A DNA stretch of 63,013 nucleotides, the filler included, from Chiloscyllium plagiosum (Eukaryota): the NCBI RefSeq assembly GCF_004010195.1. It is 4 parts of one record of this genome, joined end to end, with 100 filler letters (N's around TTAATTAATTAA, not from the genome) between each part and the next. Parts side by side here need not be neighbours in the genome. Positions count along the whole stretch, not along the records: positions 1 to 14,483 come from NC_057710.1; positions 14,584 to 43,056 come from NC_057710.1; 2 more parts are not named here. One strand, 5' to 3'. Under the pieces are notes generated by a model, which did not search any database, was not told the DNA's origin, and was given only the letters and a program-made list of their open reading frames with translations. This document shows positions 13,665-23,890 of the stretch, in pieces (within the stretch, counting starts at the first letter, position 1; every line of letters begins with the position of its first letter). The position numbers and the translations under genes are program-made.

Positions 13665-13928
13665 AACAAAGAACAAAGAAAATTTACAGCCCAGGAACAG
13701 GCCCTTCGGCCTTCCAAGCCTGTGCAGATTGAAATCCACTGTCTAAACCTATTGTCCAATTCCTAAGCATCTATATCCCTCTGCTCCCACCTACTCATGC
13801 TTCTGTCCAGACGCACCTTAAATGAATCTACCGTGCCTGCTTCTACTACCTCTGCTGGCAAAGCGTTCCAGGCGCCTCTCACCCTCTGTGTAAAGTACTT
13901 GTGCGTGTATCCCCCTTAAACTTTTCTC
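13665..13928 (-). mobile_element. CR1 LINE 3' end
   Basis: Reverse-strand CR1 C-terminal/3'UTR sequence with a (gaacaaa)n tail. Confidence 0.8.
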
Positions 13929-13964
13929 CTTCTTCACTACCTGCTGTACCTGCAACATCAGTTG

Positions 13965-14483
13965 CAGGATCAGTTCATTCCTAAAAGGAAGAAAGATCCC
14001 AGGAGGAGGCATGGGCGGCGTGGCTGACGAGGGAAGTTAAGAAACATATAAAGTCAAAAGAGAAAAAGTATAACATAGCAAAGATAAGTGGGAAAACTGA
14101 GGACTGGGAAGCTTTTAAAGAGCAACAGAAGATTACTAAGAAGGAAATACGCAGAGGAAAAAGAGGTACGAAGGTAAACTGGCCAATAATATAAAGGAGG
14201 ATAGTAAAAGCTTTTTTAAGTATGTGCAAGGCAAAAAAATGGTTAGGACTAAAATTGGGCCCTTGAAGACAGAAACAGGGGAATATATTACGGGGAACAA
14301 AGAAATGGCAAAAGAATTAAATGGGTACTTCAGATCTGTGTTCACTGGGGAAGACACAAGCAATCTCCCTGAGGTAACAGTGGCTGAAGGACCTGAACTG
14401 AAGGGAATTTATATTTGCCAGGAATTGGTGTTGGAGAGACTGTTAGGTCTGAAGGTTGACAAGTCTCCGGGGCCTGATGGTCT
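13965..14483 (+). mobile_element. Young CR1 ORF2 fragment ending at an assembly join
   Basis: IGPLKTETGE...LNGYFRSVFT...DKSPGPDG; near-identical to 38402-38500. Confidence 0.9.
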
Positions 14484-14583
14484 NNNNNNNNNNNNNNNNN
14501 NNNNNNNNNNNNNNNNNNNNNNNNNNNTTAATTAATTAANNNNNNNNNNNNNNNNNNNNNNNNNNNNNNNNNNNNNNNNNNNN
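14484..14583. other. Artificial scaffold linker N44-TTAATTAATTAA-N44
   Basis: The same 100-base construct occurs at 43057-43156 and 59879-59978; the 12-mer gives stops in all six frames. Confidence 0.95.
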
Positions 14584-17207
14584 ATCATTGCCTGTAGTTC
14601 AGCCAACTGAGCTGATTCTTTACCTGTCACTTTTCCTGTCAACAGTTCCTCAAATCCCTCACTTGTCTGTCGCACCACTGCATAGGCTGCTTTAAGTCCT
14701 TCAGTTGGATGTCTGTAACAGCAACCATCTGTGAACAGCACTTCTTCTGGGTCTACGAATGGAATTGCCTGTAAATCTGCCCTTACTTTAGTATCTCTCT
14801 GTACCCTTTCCTCACAGATGTGTGGCTCTCCTTCTCCCATTTTATCAGCCATGTTAATTCCTTCATGTGTAAAAATTATATGTGGTGCATTCAAGATTTT
14901 CTCTAACCTAGTTTGCCGCAATGACGTCATTGTAAAGGCTGTTGAGTTCACATAGGCCACTATACTGTGTGTCGTCAGTACTGTTCGTGAATGGCCCATG
15001 ACTATATGTGCTACCTTTTGGAGAATTTTTGCTACCCCTGCTGCATGTCTTGTACATGGCGGGTGTCTGTCCTCCACTGGGTCAAGAGTAACACTTACGT
15101 ACATCAGCACCTGCCGGCCTCTCCCTTTTTTCTGAAAAAGAACACCATTTATTATGTGTAATTTTTCAGAAATATCGAGGAAAAATGGCTCTTTGTAATC
15201 TGGGACCGCTAAATCAGCAGCCCGCGTTAAAGCCTGTTTAAGAGATATGAAACTTTCATCTGCCTCCATAGTCCACTGCAAATGGGCTGACAAATATCTC
15301 AAAGCTTGCTCATTTACCATAGCCCTTAAAGGGAAAGTGAGCTCCCCATATGATGCAATAAATTGTCTACTGTATCCTGCCAACCCAAGAAATGAGAGCA
15401 TGTCTTTTACAGTGACTGGTTTGGTATGATGCAGAATGGAGGATCTATGGGACGGAGACACACCTGTTCCCTTAGCAGAAATAATTCTACCCAGAAAATA
15501 CACCGTTTGTCTGCAGCATTGCAATTTAACCCGTGAAACTTTAAAACCGACACTATACAGGTGAATCAGCAACGACTTTGTGGCTTCCAAACAAGAAACA
15601 TGATCGGGTGCTGCCAAAAGAATGTCATCCACATACTGGATCAATACCACCCCCTTTGGGAGCGTCAGATCCTTCAGCTGCTGTTTCAGTACCTGATTAA
15701 ACACCCCAGGTGACAAAATAAACTCTTGAGGAACCCTTGTATAACGTAATTGTTGGCTTTTATAGGTAAACGAAAAAATGTCCCTCAAATGATCAGCTAA
15801 GGGCAAACAAAATAACGCGTTGGCAAGATCAATGCACGAGAACCACTTATGGTCAGGGGTCAGCACAGACATTGCAGTGTAGGGGTTTGGAACTGGAACT
15901 GTTGGAGTAGAAACGGCACTATTAATCCGTCGAAGATCATGCGCCATCCTATATCTGCCTGTATTCTGCTTCTCTACAGGTAAGATCGGGGTGTTCCAAG
16001 CTGACTGGGAGGGTTCTAGCACCCCTGCTGCTAACCATCCTTCGATTGTGTCGGCAATGCCGGCATCAGCCTCTGGTTTGTGTGAATATTGTCTCTGCCA
16101 AATCGGAGTGTGGTCTATTAAATCAAATGTGATTGGTGTGACGTGTTTGCAGTACCCAACGTCCGTTGAACTTGCTGACCACAAGGTATCTGGTAGAGAG
16201 TCAAGCATCGCCGCAGCCTGTGGATGGTCTGTTTCCTCCCTACCATGAAACCGTTCAATCTGCCTATGTTCCAGCAGTACCTTGTCAGTTGTCCTGTACA
16301 TAATTCTATAGGCTTCCTCCGATGGTGAATATTGTAAACCGGGTAACTGAGTCCACACCCAGTCCGTTAACACCATCAAGCGTTTGGACATAGGTCCCAG
16401 ATCCTTGGCCTGATATTCAGCATGCACGGCCAATGTGACATGAGGTATAGCTTCTTCAGATATCTCATACCATTCCAACTGTTCTGTAGTTAATTCAACA
16501 ACACCCGCCACACCTTCGTTTCCAAGCAGAATGCAACTGGAAGAAATATCCCATTGAGTCCCTTCTAAGTGCTGATAGAATGCATGCTGATAAATTTCAT
16601 TATCATATCTATCATAATATAAAGTAACATGAAGGGGATCTGCAGGAGGAGCATAGGGATGCAACATCTGAACCCAGGGTCGCCATTGACTGTATAAAGA
16701 CTGTATGCCGTTGTTTTGCCTGTTTTTGGGTTTGAGAAGTCCCCAGTATATATCTGCCCACTGCCCTTCTGCCGTTGATGATGTGTCCGGTGATAACATC
16801 ATTTGGGATCCAGAGTGAATCATTGTCATAGAACAGTTGACGGAATGGCCATTTGGAAAGGTCACCACCAGTCCGTCTGCTCCGCACAAAACCGAAACCC
16901 CGCATCTCACCAGCAGGTCACGTCCCATCAAATTCACGGGACATGCGGGTGATGAAATATACTGGTGACGAAAAGTCTGTCCGGCCACTGATGTGATCAG
17001 TGGCGATGTCAAAGGCAGATTTTCTGGTTTACCCGAGAACCCTACTAACTGGACACTAGAGGATGACATGTTTGACCGAGGTATATCACAAGTGATGGTA
17101 GAAAATCTTGCACCCTTGTCAACCAAAATAGACAGATTCTTGTCCATTACCCTCATTTGCATATAGGGGTCTGCCAACCCCACATGCCCCTGGGTTCTTG
17201 GGCCCCA
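14584..17207 (-). CDS. pol: Endogenous retrovirus pol: protease - 2H phosphoesterase-like domain - RT - tether - RNase H (cut off by the join; integrase not seen)
   Basis: Open frame of about 870 codons. Protease LVDKGA...NLMGRDLL; HVTL at 16631-16620 and 16442-16431; RT WNTPILPVEK, HDLRRIN, IDLANA, VPQEF, YVDD (15635-15624); RNase H LFTDGC...SAQLAEL. Confidence 0.95.
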
Positions 17208-18941
17208 TCAATCTTCATACCCCTGCCCTTCCAACATAGTTTGGGGGTACTGTCCTTGCCCCGGGATTGCAGCTGCATTTGGGACTTGATAGGGCTGAAC
17301 AGCCTGTTGAAAAGGAGGTTGACTTGCACGGAGATACCGTCCTCGGATCAATCCCTGGCCTCCCTGGGTTCCCCACAACATGGGACAANNNNNNNNNNNN
17401 NNNNNNNNNNNNNNNNNNNNNNNNNNNNNNNNNNNNNNNNNNNNNNNNNNNNNNNNNNNNNNNNNNNNNNNNNNNNNNNNNNNNNNNNNNNNNNNNNNNN
17501 NNNNNNNNNNNNNNNNNNNNNNNNNNNNNNNNNNNNNNNNNNNNNNNNNNNNNNNNNNNNNNNNNNNNNNNNNNNNNNNNNNNNNNNNNNNNNNNNNNNN
17601 NNNNNNNNNNNNNNNNNNNNNNNNNNNNNNNNNNNNNNNNNNNNNNNNNNNNNNNNNNNNNNNNNNNNNNNNNNNNNNNNNNNNNNNNNNNNNNNNNNNN
17701 NNNNNNNNNNNNNNNNNNNNNNNNNNNNNNNNNNNNNNNNNNNNNNNNNNNNNNNNNNNNNNNNNNNNNNNNNNNNNNNNNNNNNNNNNNNNNNNNNNNN
17801 NNNNNNNNNNNNNNNNNNNNNNNNNNNNNNNNNNNNNNNNNNNNNNNNNNNNNNNNNNNNNNNNNNNNNNNNNNNNNNNNNNNNNNNNNNNNNNNNNNNN
17901 NNTACAGTTCATGTCAGTAAATGTAAAAGGCTGATAGACATTCCCCAGATAAGAGCCTCTGTAAATTAATGGCATTTGGTGCTGATACTTTATAGGTTGT
18001 CGTAATGTGTCTCTTTGACGCAAGTCGTAACTTAGTTCAGGGAGGGGCTTCAGTGGAGGGCCATGTTCAGTATGCATTGTGAGTGAGCCTTTCAAGGTGA
18101 CCGGGTAGGTGTTTGGATCATTGTCTGTCAGGGATTCCTCGTCCTCAATATGTATACTACTTTTAGACTCCTCCTCATCCAATTTCTCTCTATCCTGTTC
18201 TTCCCTCAAATCTCTCCTCCTTCTGTCTGAGAACCCATCATCCAATAACTGACCTGAATCATGTAATCTTCCCCTCTTTTCATTCTCAGCACTATATGGT
18301 GTTGAATGAGCATCTGGCTCCTGCACTGGAAAACATCTCCCCTGTTTTAGCTGTTCTTTATTCCTACTGTGCATCATTGTCACCCTATTTGCTTCCTCCG
18401 ATTCCTTAACCCTCTGATCAACTTCTAATGTTAATTTTTCTACTTTTCTAATGCTTTCTTCTACAGCCTCCGCCAGTCTCTGTTTTACTACATTGTACTC
18501 TCTTGTTCCTACTTCTCGCATGTCTAACACCCCTTCTTGAACATACATAAGTGGCATTTCTATTACAGGATATGGAGGTGGTGATTGTACCACAGGCAAT
18601 TTAGGACATAATGGCGCAGATGATCCTGCCTTTTCTATCTCCTTTGTCAAATCTGTTGTAAAGGTACCACCTACTCCCTTTTGTAATGTTTCTACCGCCA
18701 TACAGGCTAACATCATGTTGTGCAGATGAATCCGCCTCTCCTCTTTCTCCCCGCCTTCTTTTGTCCACTTTCTTCTAACTAATATTGAACCTTTCTTTCC
18801 CTTCATGTGCTCTTCTCCTTCTAATTTAGCTTGCTCTTCTGCTTTTCCTAAAAACAGTGACAATTTCTTCTTCTCCTCATCTTTAGGGACTTTGCCTTGT
18901 TTCTGTAATTCCTCCCAAATCTTATCATATTTCTCCATCAT
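17208..18941 (-). CDS. gag: Endogenous retrovirus gag (capsid/nucleocapsid core hidden in N gap 17389-17902)
   Basis: SPPPY late domain; MPLIYRG...YQPFTFTDM resembles the gamma-type capsid N-terminus (PL...YxPFSxxDL); 'CP' at the far gap edge fits the end of a CCHC knuckle; ends at a TGA in frame with pol. Confidence 0.85.
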   Translation of the reverse strand: MMEKYDKIWEELQKQGKVPKDEEKKKLSLFLGKAEEQAKLEGEEHMKGKKGSILVRRKWTKEGGEKEERRIHLHNMMLACMAVETLQKGVGGTFTTDLTKEIEKAGSSAPLCPKLPVVQSPPPYPVIEMPLMYVQEGVLDMREVGTREYNVVKQRLAEAVEESIRKVEKLTLEVDQRVKESEEANRVTMMHSRNKEQLKQGRCFPVQEPDAHSTPYSAENEKRGRLHDSGQLLDDGFSDRRRRDLREEQDREKLDEEESKSSIHIEDEESLTDNDPNTYPVTLKGSLTMHTEHGPPLKPLPELSYDLRQRDTLRQPIKYQHQMPLIYRGSYLGNVYQPFTFTDMNCXXXXXXXXXXXXXXXXXXXXXXXXXXXXXXXXXXXXXXXXXXXXXXXXXXXXXXXXXXXXXXXXXXXXXXXXXXXXXXXXXXXXXXXXXXXXXXXXXXXXXXXXXXXXXXXXXXXXXXXXXXXXXXXXXXXXXXXXXXXXXXXXXXXXXXXXXXXXXXXXXXXXXXXXXXXXCPMLWGTQGGQGLIRGRYLRASQPPFQQAVQPYQVPNAAAIPGQGQYPQTMLEGQGYED

Positions 18942-19111
18942 TGCTTTTTGTTTATTCTTTGCAAGCCCACTGACTAACTGACTTCTGGCTTTACCCCACT
19001 GCTATTTTACGGACAACATTAAATTGGAAGAACATCCTCCATATTCTTCACACTCTTTATCAAACTCCCCTTTTATTTTATGTATTTTTATTTTAATCCT
19101 CCCGTCCAGTA

Positions 19112-19210
19112 GTCAGTTAGTTTAGATATAAATATAACCAAACAACCAACCCAATCAAAGACAAAGCGGTGGCTGGTCAGTTTGGATGAAATACACCCAA
19201 GCAACTGACC
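19112..19210 (-). promoter_or_regulatory. Twin stem-loops in the ERV leader just 5' of gag (candidate packaging signal)
   Basis: Two related hairpins, 19112-19150 and 19175-19210, both with AUUU-containing loops. Their G-U pairs form only on the minus strand. Confidence 0.5.
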
Positions 19211-19338
19211 CTTTCAGCGAGATTTATCAGCAGTTTCGTTGTCACCGTTAGGTTTCCACTACCAACTCTCTCTCACTGAAACACCACCGTCTTGGTCTTC
19301 AAAACGCTACTGGCTTTTCTTCCACCCTCCGTACATTC

Positions 19339-20260
19339 GGACGTCACGTGACCGCCCTGCACTCTTCCTGGTGCGAGGCGTGGACGTCACGTGACCGCCC
19401 TGCACTCTTCCTGGTGCGAGGCGTGGACGTCACGTGACCGCCCTGCACTCTTCCTGGTGCGAGGCGTGGACGTCACGTGACCGCCCTGCACTCTTCCTGG
19501 TGCGAGGCGTGGACGTCACGTGACCGCCCTGCACTCTTCCTGGTGCGAGGCGTGGACGTCACGTGACCGCCCTGCACTCTTCCTGGTGCGAGGCGTGGAC
19601 GTCACGTGACCGCCCTGCACTCTTCCTGGTGCGAGGCGTGGACGTCACGTGACCGCCCTGCACTCTTCCTGGTGCGAGGCGTGGACGTCACGTGACCGCC
19701 CTGCACTCTTCCTGGTGCGAGGCGTGGACGTCACGTGACCGCCCTGCACTCTTCCTGGTGCGAGGCGTGGACGTCACGTGACCGCCCTGCACTCTTCCTG
19801 GTGCGAGGCGTGGACGTCACGTGACCGCCCTGCACTCTTCCTGGTGCGAGGCGTGGACGTCACGTGACCGCCCTGCACTCTTCCTGGTGCGAGGCGTGGA
19901 CGTCACGTGACCGCCCTGCACTCTTCCTGGTGCGAGGCGTGGACGTCACGTGACCGCCCTGCACTCTTCCTGGTGCGAGGCGTGGACGTCACGTGACCGC
20001 CCTGCACTCTTCCTGGTGCGAGGCGTGGACGTCACGTGACCGCCCTGCACTCTTCCTGGTGCGAGGCGTGGACGTCACGTGACCGCCCTGCACTCTTCCT
20101 GGTGCGAGGCGTGGACGTCACGTGACCGCCCTGCACTCTTCCTGGTGCGAGGCGTGGACGTCACGTGACCGCCCTGCACTCTTCCTGGTGCGAGGCGTGG
20201 ACGTCACGTGACCGCCCTGCACTCTTCCGGGTGTGAGGCAGGGACGTCACGTGACTACCC
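19339..20260. repeat. 43-bp tandem array: 20 identical units, 1 diverged unit and 1 partial unit
   Basis: Unit GGACGTCACGTGACCGCCCTGCACTCTTCCTGGTGCGAGGCGT starts at 19339, 19382 ... 20199 (860/43=20). The 20199 unit and the 20242 partial unit carry substitutions. Confidence 0.98.
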
Positions 20261-20344
20261 CCCCTGCTTGGGTTACAGAGTCACCACAGGGTTTTGAGTG
20301 CTGAATCCATCCAGAGTCACAGCCAGCAAGTAAGGAATATATTT

Positions 20345-21020
20345 ACAATGCCCAGTTTGGATTCCACCAGGGCCACTCAGCTCCTGACCTCATTACAGCC
20401 ATGGCTCAAACATAGACAAAAGAGCTCAATTCCAGAGGTGAAGTGAGAGTGACAGCCCTTGACACCAAGGCTGCATTAACTATATGTAGCATCAAAGACC
20501 CTTGGAAAAACTGGAGAAAATGGGAATTGGGGGCAAGCTGCCTGCTAGCTGGTATCCTACCTGGCACATTAAGGTGGTTGTGGTTATTTGAAATCAGCCA
20601 TCTCAGCTCAGGACAATTCTACAGAAGTTCTTCAAGGTAGTATCCTAGGCTCGATCATCTTCAGCTGCTTCATCAATGACTTTCCCTCCATCCTCACTTC
20701 TGACCTTATGATGTTTGCCAATGATTGCATAATTTTCAGTAAATTTTGTAATTCCTCATACTGAAGTAGTCCATGTCCAAATGCAGCAAGACCTGACAAT
20801 GAGGTAAGTAAAAAGTGATAAATAACATTTGCGTCACAAATGTCAGGCTGTAGCTGTCTCCAAAAAGAGACAATCTAATCACCATCCCTTAATATTTACA
20901 TTCAATGGTGTTACCATCACTGAATTCCCCCACTATCAATATCCTGGGGTTACCATCGACCAGAAACTGAACTGAACTAGGCAGATTAATTCATTGGCTA
21001 CAAAAGCGAGACAGAGACTG
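20345..21020 (+). mobile_element. Older CR1-like LINE RT fragment
   Basis: QFGFHQGHSAPDLITA, VTALDTKAA, QGSILGSIIFSCFIND-type motifs; same family as the reversed copies at ~49840-51530. Confidence 0.8.
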
Positions 21021-21417
21021 CTTGGTCAAATTCCTTTGCTGCATAATTCACAGCAAAAGTAAAACATTCACAATAGCTTGTTATATGGATCACACTTATA
21101 ATTATACAACATAAATAATCAGTCCATAACGCACAGTGTTTTCCTGGGTTTCTCATTCCCTTCAGCTCTATATTTTAGTTGTTCACCTCAACAATACATT
21201 TCAAGTATAAGACTGTTACATGAGCAGGCGGGGATTAAAAGGATATGGACCATGTGCAGACAGATGGGATTAGTTCAGAATGGTATTATGGTCAGCACAG
21301 GCATGTGGACCAAAGGGCCTATTCTTCTGCTGTATTGTTCCAAGTTCAGAATCAGGATGTTTAAGCAATGTCACATGACATCTGCTGCAGGATTCTGTCC
21401 AGTAAATATCGCAGCAC

Positions 21418-21745
21418 CTAGATTAAATTAGATTTCCTACAGTGTGGAAACAGGCTCTTCGGCCCAGCAAGTCCACACCGACCCTCCAAAGAGTAACCCA
21501 CCCAGACCCATTTCCCTCTGACTAATGCACCTATCACTATGGGCAAATTACCATGGCCAATTCACCTAACCTGCACATCTTTGGATTGTGGGAGGAAACT
21601 GGAGCACCCGAAGGAAACCTACGTAGACACAGGGAGAATGTGCAAACTCCACACAGACAGTCGCCCGAGGCTGGAATCGAAGCTGGAATCGAACCTGGAT
21701 CCCCGGTGCTGTGAGGCAGTAATGCTAACCACTGTGCCACCAACT
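21418..21745 (-). mobile_element. HE1 SINE
   Basis: tRNA-like head GGCACAGTGGTTAGCA...GGTTCGATTCC, 'tgtgtggagtttgcacattctcc' core and LINE-derived tail. Confidence 0.92.
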
Positions 21746-22849
21746 GCCTTTTTAATGTGTTTCAAAAGATATTGGGACATAATATTCCAAAACGTTATTG
21801 AGAATGATAACATTCCTTAATCAAAGTTGTCAAAGTTTATGAAAGTTATATTTCCAAAGAAAGAAAAAGCATTAGCAACTTAAGAAACACACAGAAAACT
21901 GATCTCAGCTTACAAGCTGCTACTCTCAAATATCCATGTGACAGATTCAAAGGTTAACCTTATAGGTTAAATGTATAGTTTCAAGTTGCAGCTCAGAATA
22001 TGTGTGACTGTCGATGCATTATGGGCAGCTGCAGAATCCATTTTGTTGAATTATCCCTTAGCTGTGGCAAGTTATCTGCTACTATTCAACCTTGGAGCAA
22101 GAAGCAAACTCTAAAGTTGTAAGCAGGACCAGATAATGCGGCAGTGAATCAAACACAAAGCCATATTGACTGAGCACTGATAAACACGTCCTGCTGTATC
22201 TCACAGGAAGCCAAGTTTAACAACCTGAATTGTTTCACTGCATATTCTCAATCCTTTGGGTGTACAGAATACTTAGTTATCCCTTAAATATGTACTTGGC
22301 CTTATTTACAGTCTGCTAACTTTTCACTAGAATAAAAACAATAGAAAAATAGTTTAGGTTCATTATTTTGGTTGTTTTGTGCTTATATTAAACATAGAAT
22401 CTGCAATGGTTTAAGTTTTCATAATAAAAACAATAAATACTGAATTTGCAAACATAAGGTCCTATCAAAAATACATATTATGAGAGTTGTTCTCCTATCA
22501 GTTCATTAAGTCTAGGTTTGTATGACTGCATCTGTACACAAATATGAAGGAAAATGCTTCCTATGAGTCAGTGTCTTTCTGGAACATGGGAGTTGTTTGT
22601 ATGAAGGAAATACATTCCCATGATATACTTTTCCCAGGCCATGTTCACTGTAGATTTAAATAGGGGCAGTACTGCTATTCGTAAAAGTCAGTTGTGCTTG
22701 ATTGTTAGCATGGATCTCAAACCTATAACAATAGGCTTTTCTGATCTACATTAAATATTTTTCAAATTGCATGAAATTCCTTTTTGGATATGTCTCTCTT
22801 CTATGTAAACAGATACAATATTAATATAAATACAAAAGCAATTGAGGAG

Positions 22850-23230
22850 GCATTGGCATAGTGGTAAGGTCACTGAACCAATAATTAGAACTGCAGCAGG
22901 TAGGTGGGACTAGTTCATGGCTGGTGTGGACTGGTTGAACCAAAAGTTCCGCTTCCACGCTGCATGACTCTTGAAAAAGATTCAAATCTCATCATGGCAG
23001 ATGGTGAAAATTTAAAGCCTGAAATTAAAATGTAGCCTAATGGTGCCATGCCGCTATTGTTGATTGTCATAAACACCCATCTGGTTCACAAATGTCCCAT
23101 AGGTAAGGAAATCTACCAGCACTCCTGACCAGGCCTATACACAACTCCAGATTCACAGTAATGTGGTTGACTCTTAACTGCCCTCAATTAATTAGTAGTG
23201 GGTAATAAATGCTGGCCGAAACAACACTCA
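22850..23230 (+). mobile_element. Old tRNA-headed shark SINE (SacSINE1/DeuSINE-like)
   Basis: A-box-like TGGCATAGTGG and shared core 'actccaga..cacagtaatgtggttgactcttaactgccctc'. Confidence 0.6.
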
Positions 23231-23559
23231 CAAATTTTAAAAATAATGTTTCCACCAAAATTTACTGGCCTGAAATTCAGCACTGATTTATCCTTGTTTT
23301 AAAATGATAATATATTTATTTTGCATAATAAAGATATGCCCTAACTTAATCAAATACAGATAGAATGTTGAAATGTTTTGTTTGCAAATTCAACTAGGTA
23401 TAAAGAGCAAAATAATCAGATCATTGGTATGGTTTATAATGCTTCTAAGGGCCAATAATTTGCACATAATTATATATACCACTTTGAAATAGATAGGGAT
23501 TAACAAGATATGAGACCCAATAGGGGCTTTGGTCAGTTTACCAACATGTAAGCACAGAG

Positions 23560-23890
23560 CATAGAATCCCTACAGTGTGGAAACAGAACCTTCGGCCCAA
23601 CAAATCTACTTCAACCCGCCAAAGAGTAACCCACCCAGACCCATTCCCCTATCCTTTTACTCTATATTTACCCCTGACTAATGCACCTTACCTACACATC
23701 CCTGAACACTATGGGCAATTTAGCATGGCCAATTTACCTAACTTGCACATCTTTGGATTGGATTGTGGGAGGAAACCGGAGCACTCTGAGGAGAATATGC
23801 AAACTCCACACAGACAGTCACCTAAGGCTGGAATTGAACATGGGTCTCTGGCGCCGTGAGGCAGCAGTGCTAACCACTGAGCCATCATGG
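23560..23890 (-). mobile_element. HE1 SINE
   Basis: Same head, core and tail as the other HE1 copies. Confidence 0.9.

Noticed and set aside
14484..14583. TTAATTAATTAA palindrome as a biological site, or the ERV inserted into the adjacent CR1
   Set aside because: The same N44-12mer-N44 construct occurs three times, so it is a scaffolding linker and adjacency across it is unproven.
17157..17969. Long plus-strand ORFs here and ORFs over 37215-38491
   Set aside because: Their length comes from N runs translated as X.
19268..19286. Alternative PBS candidate TGGTGTTTCAG (tRNA-Val-like)
   Set aside because: A 9-nt match only, not preceded by an LTR-terminal CA.
19339..20260. CRISPR-like array next to a reverse transcriptase
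   Set aside because: Units abut directly with no unique spacers, there are no cas genes, and the context is vertebrate.
20268..20286. Primer-binding site candidate TGGTGACTCTGTAACCC (minus)
   Set aside because: Only about 7 contiguous bases match a tRNA-Trp-type PBS, and no U5 CA end or LTR is recognisable upstream.
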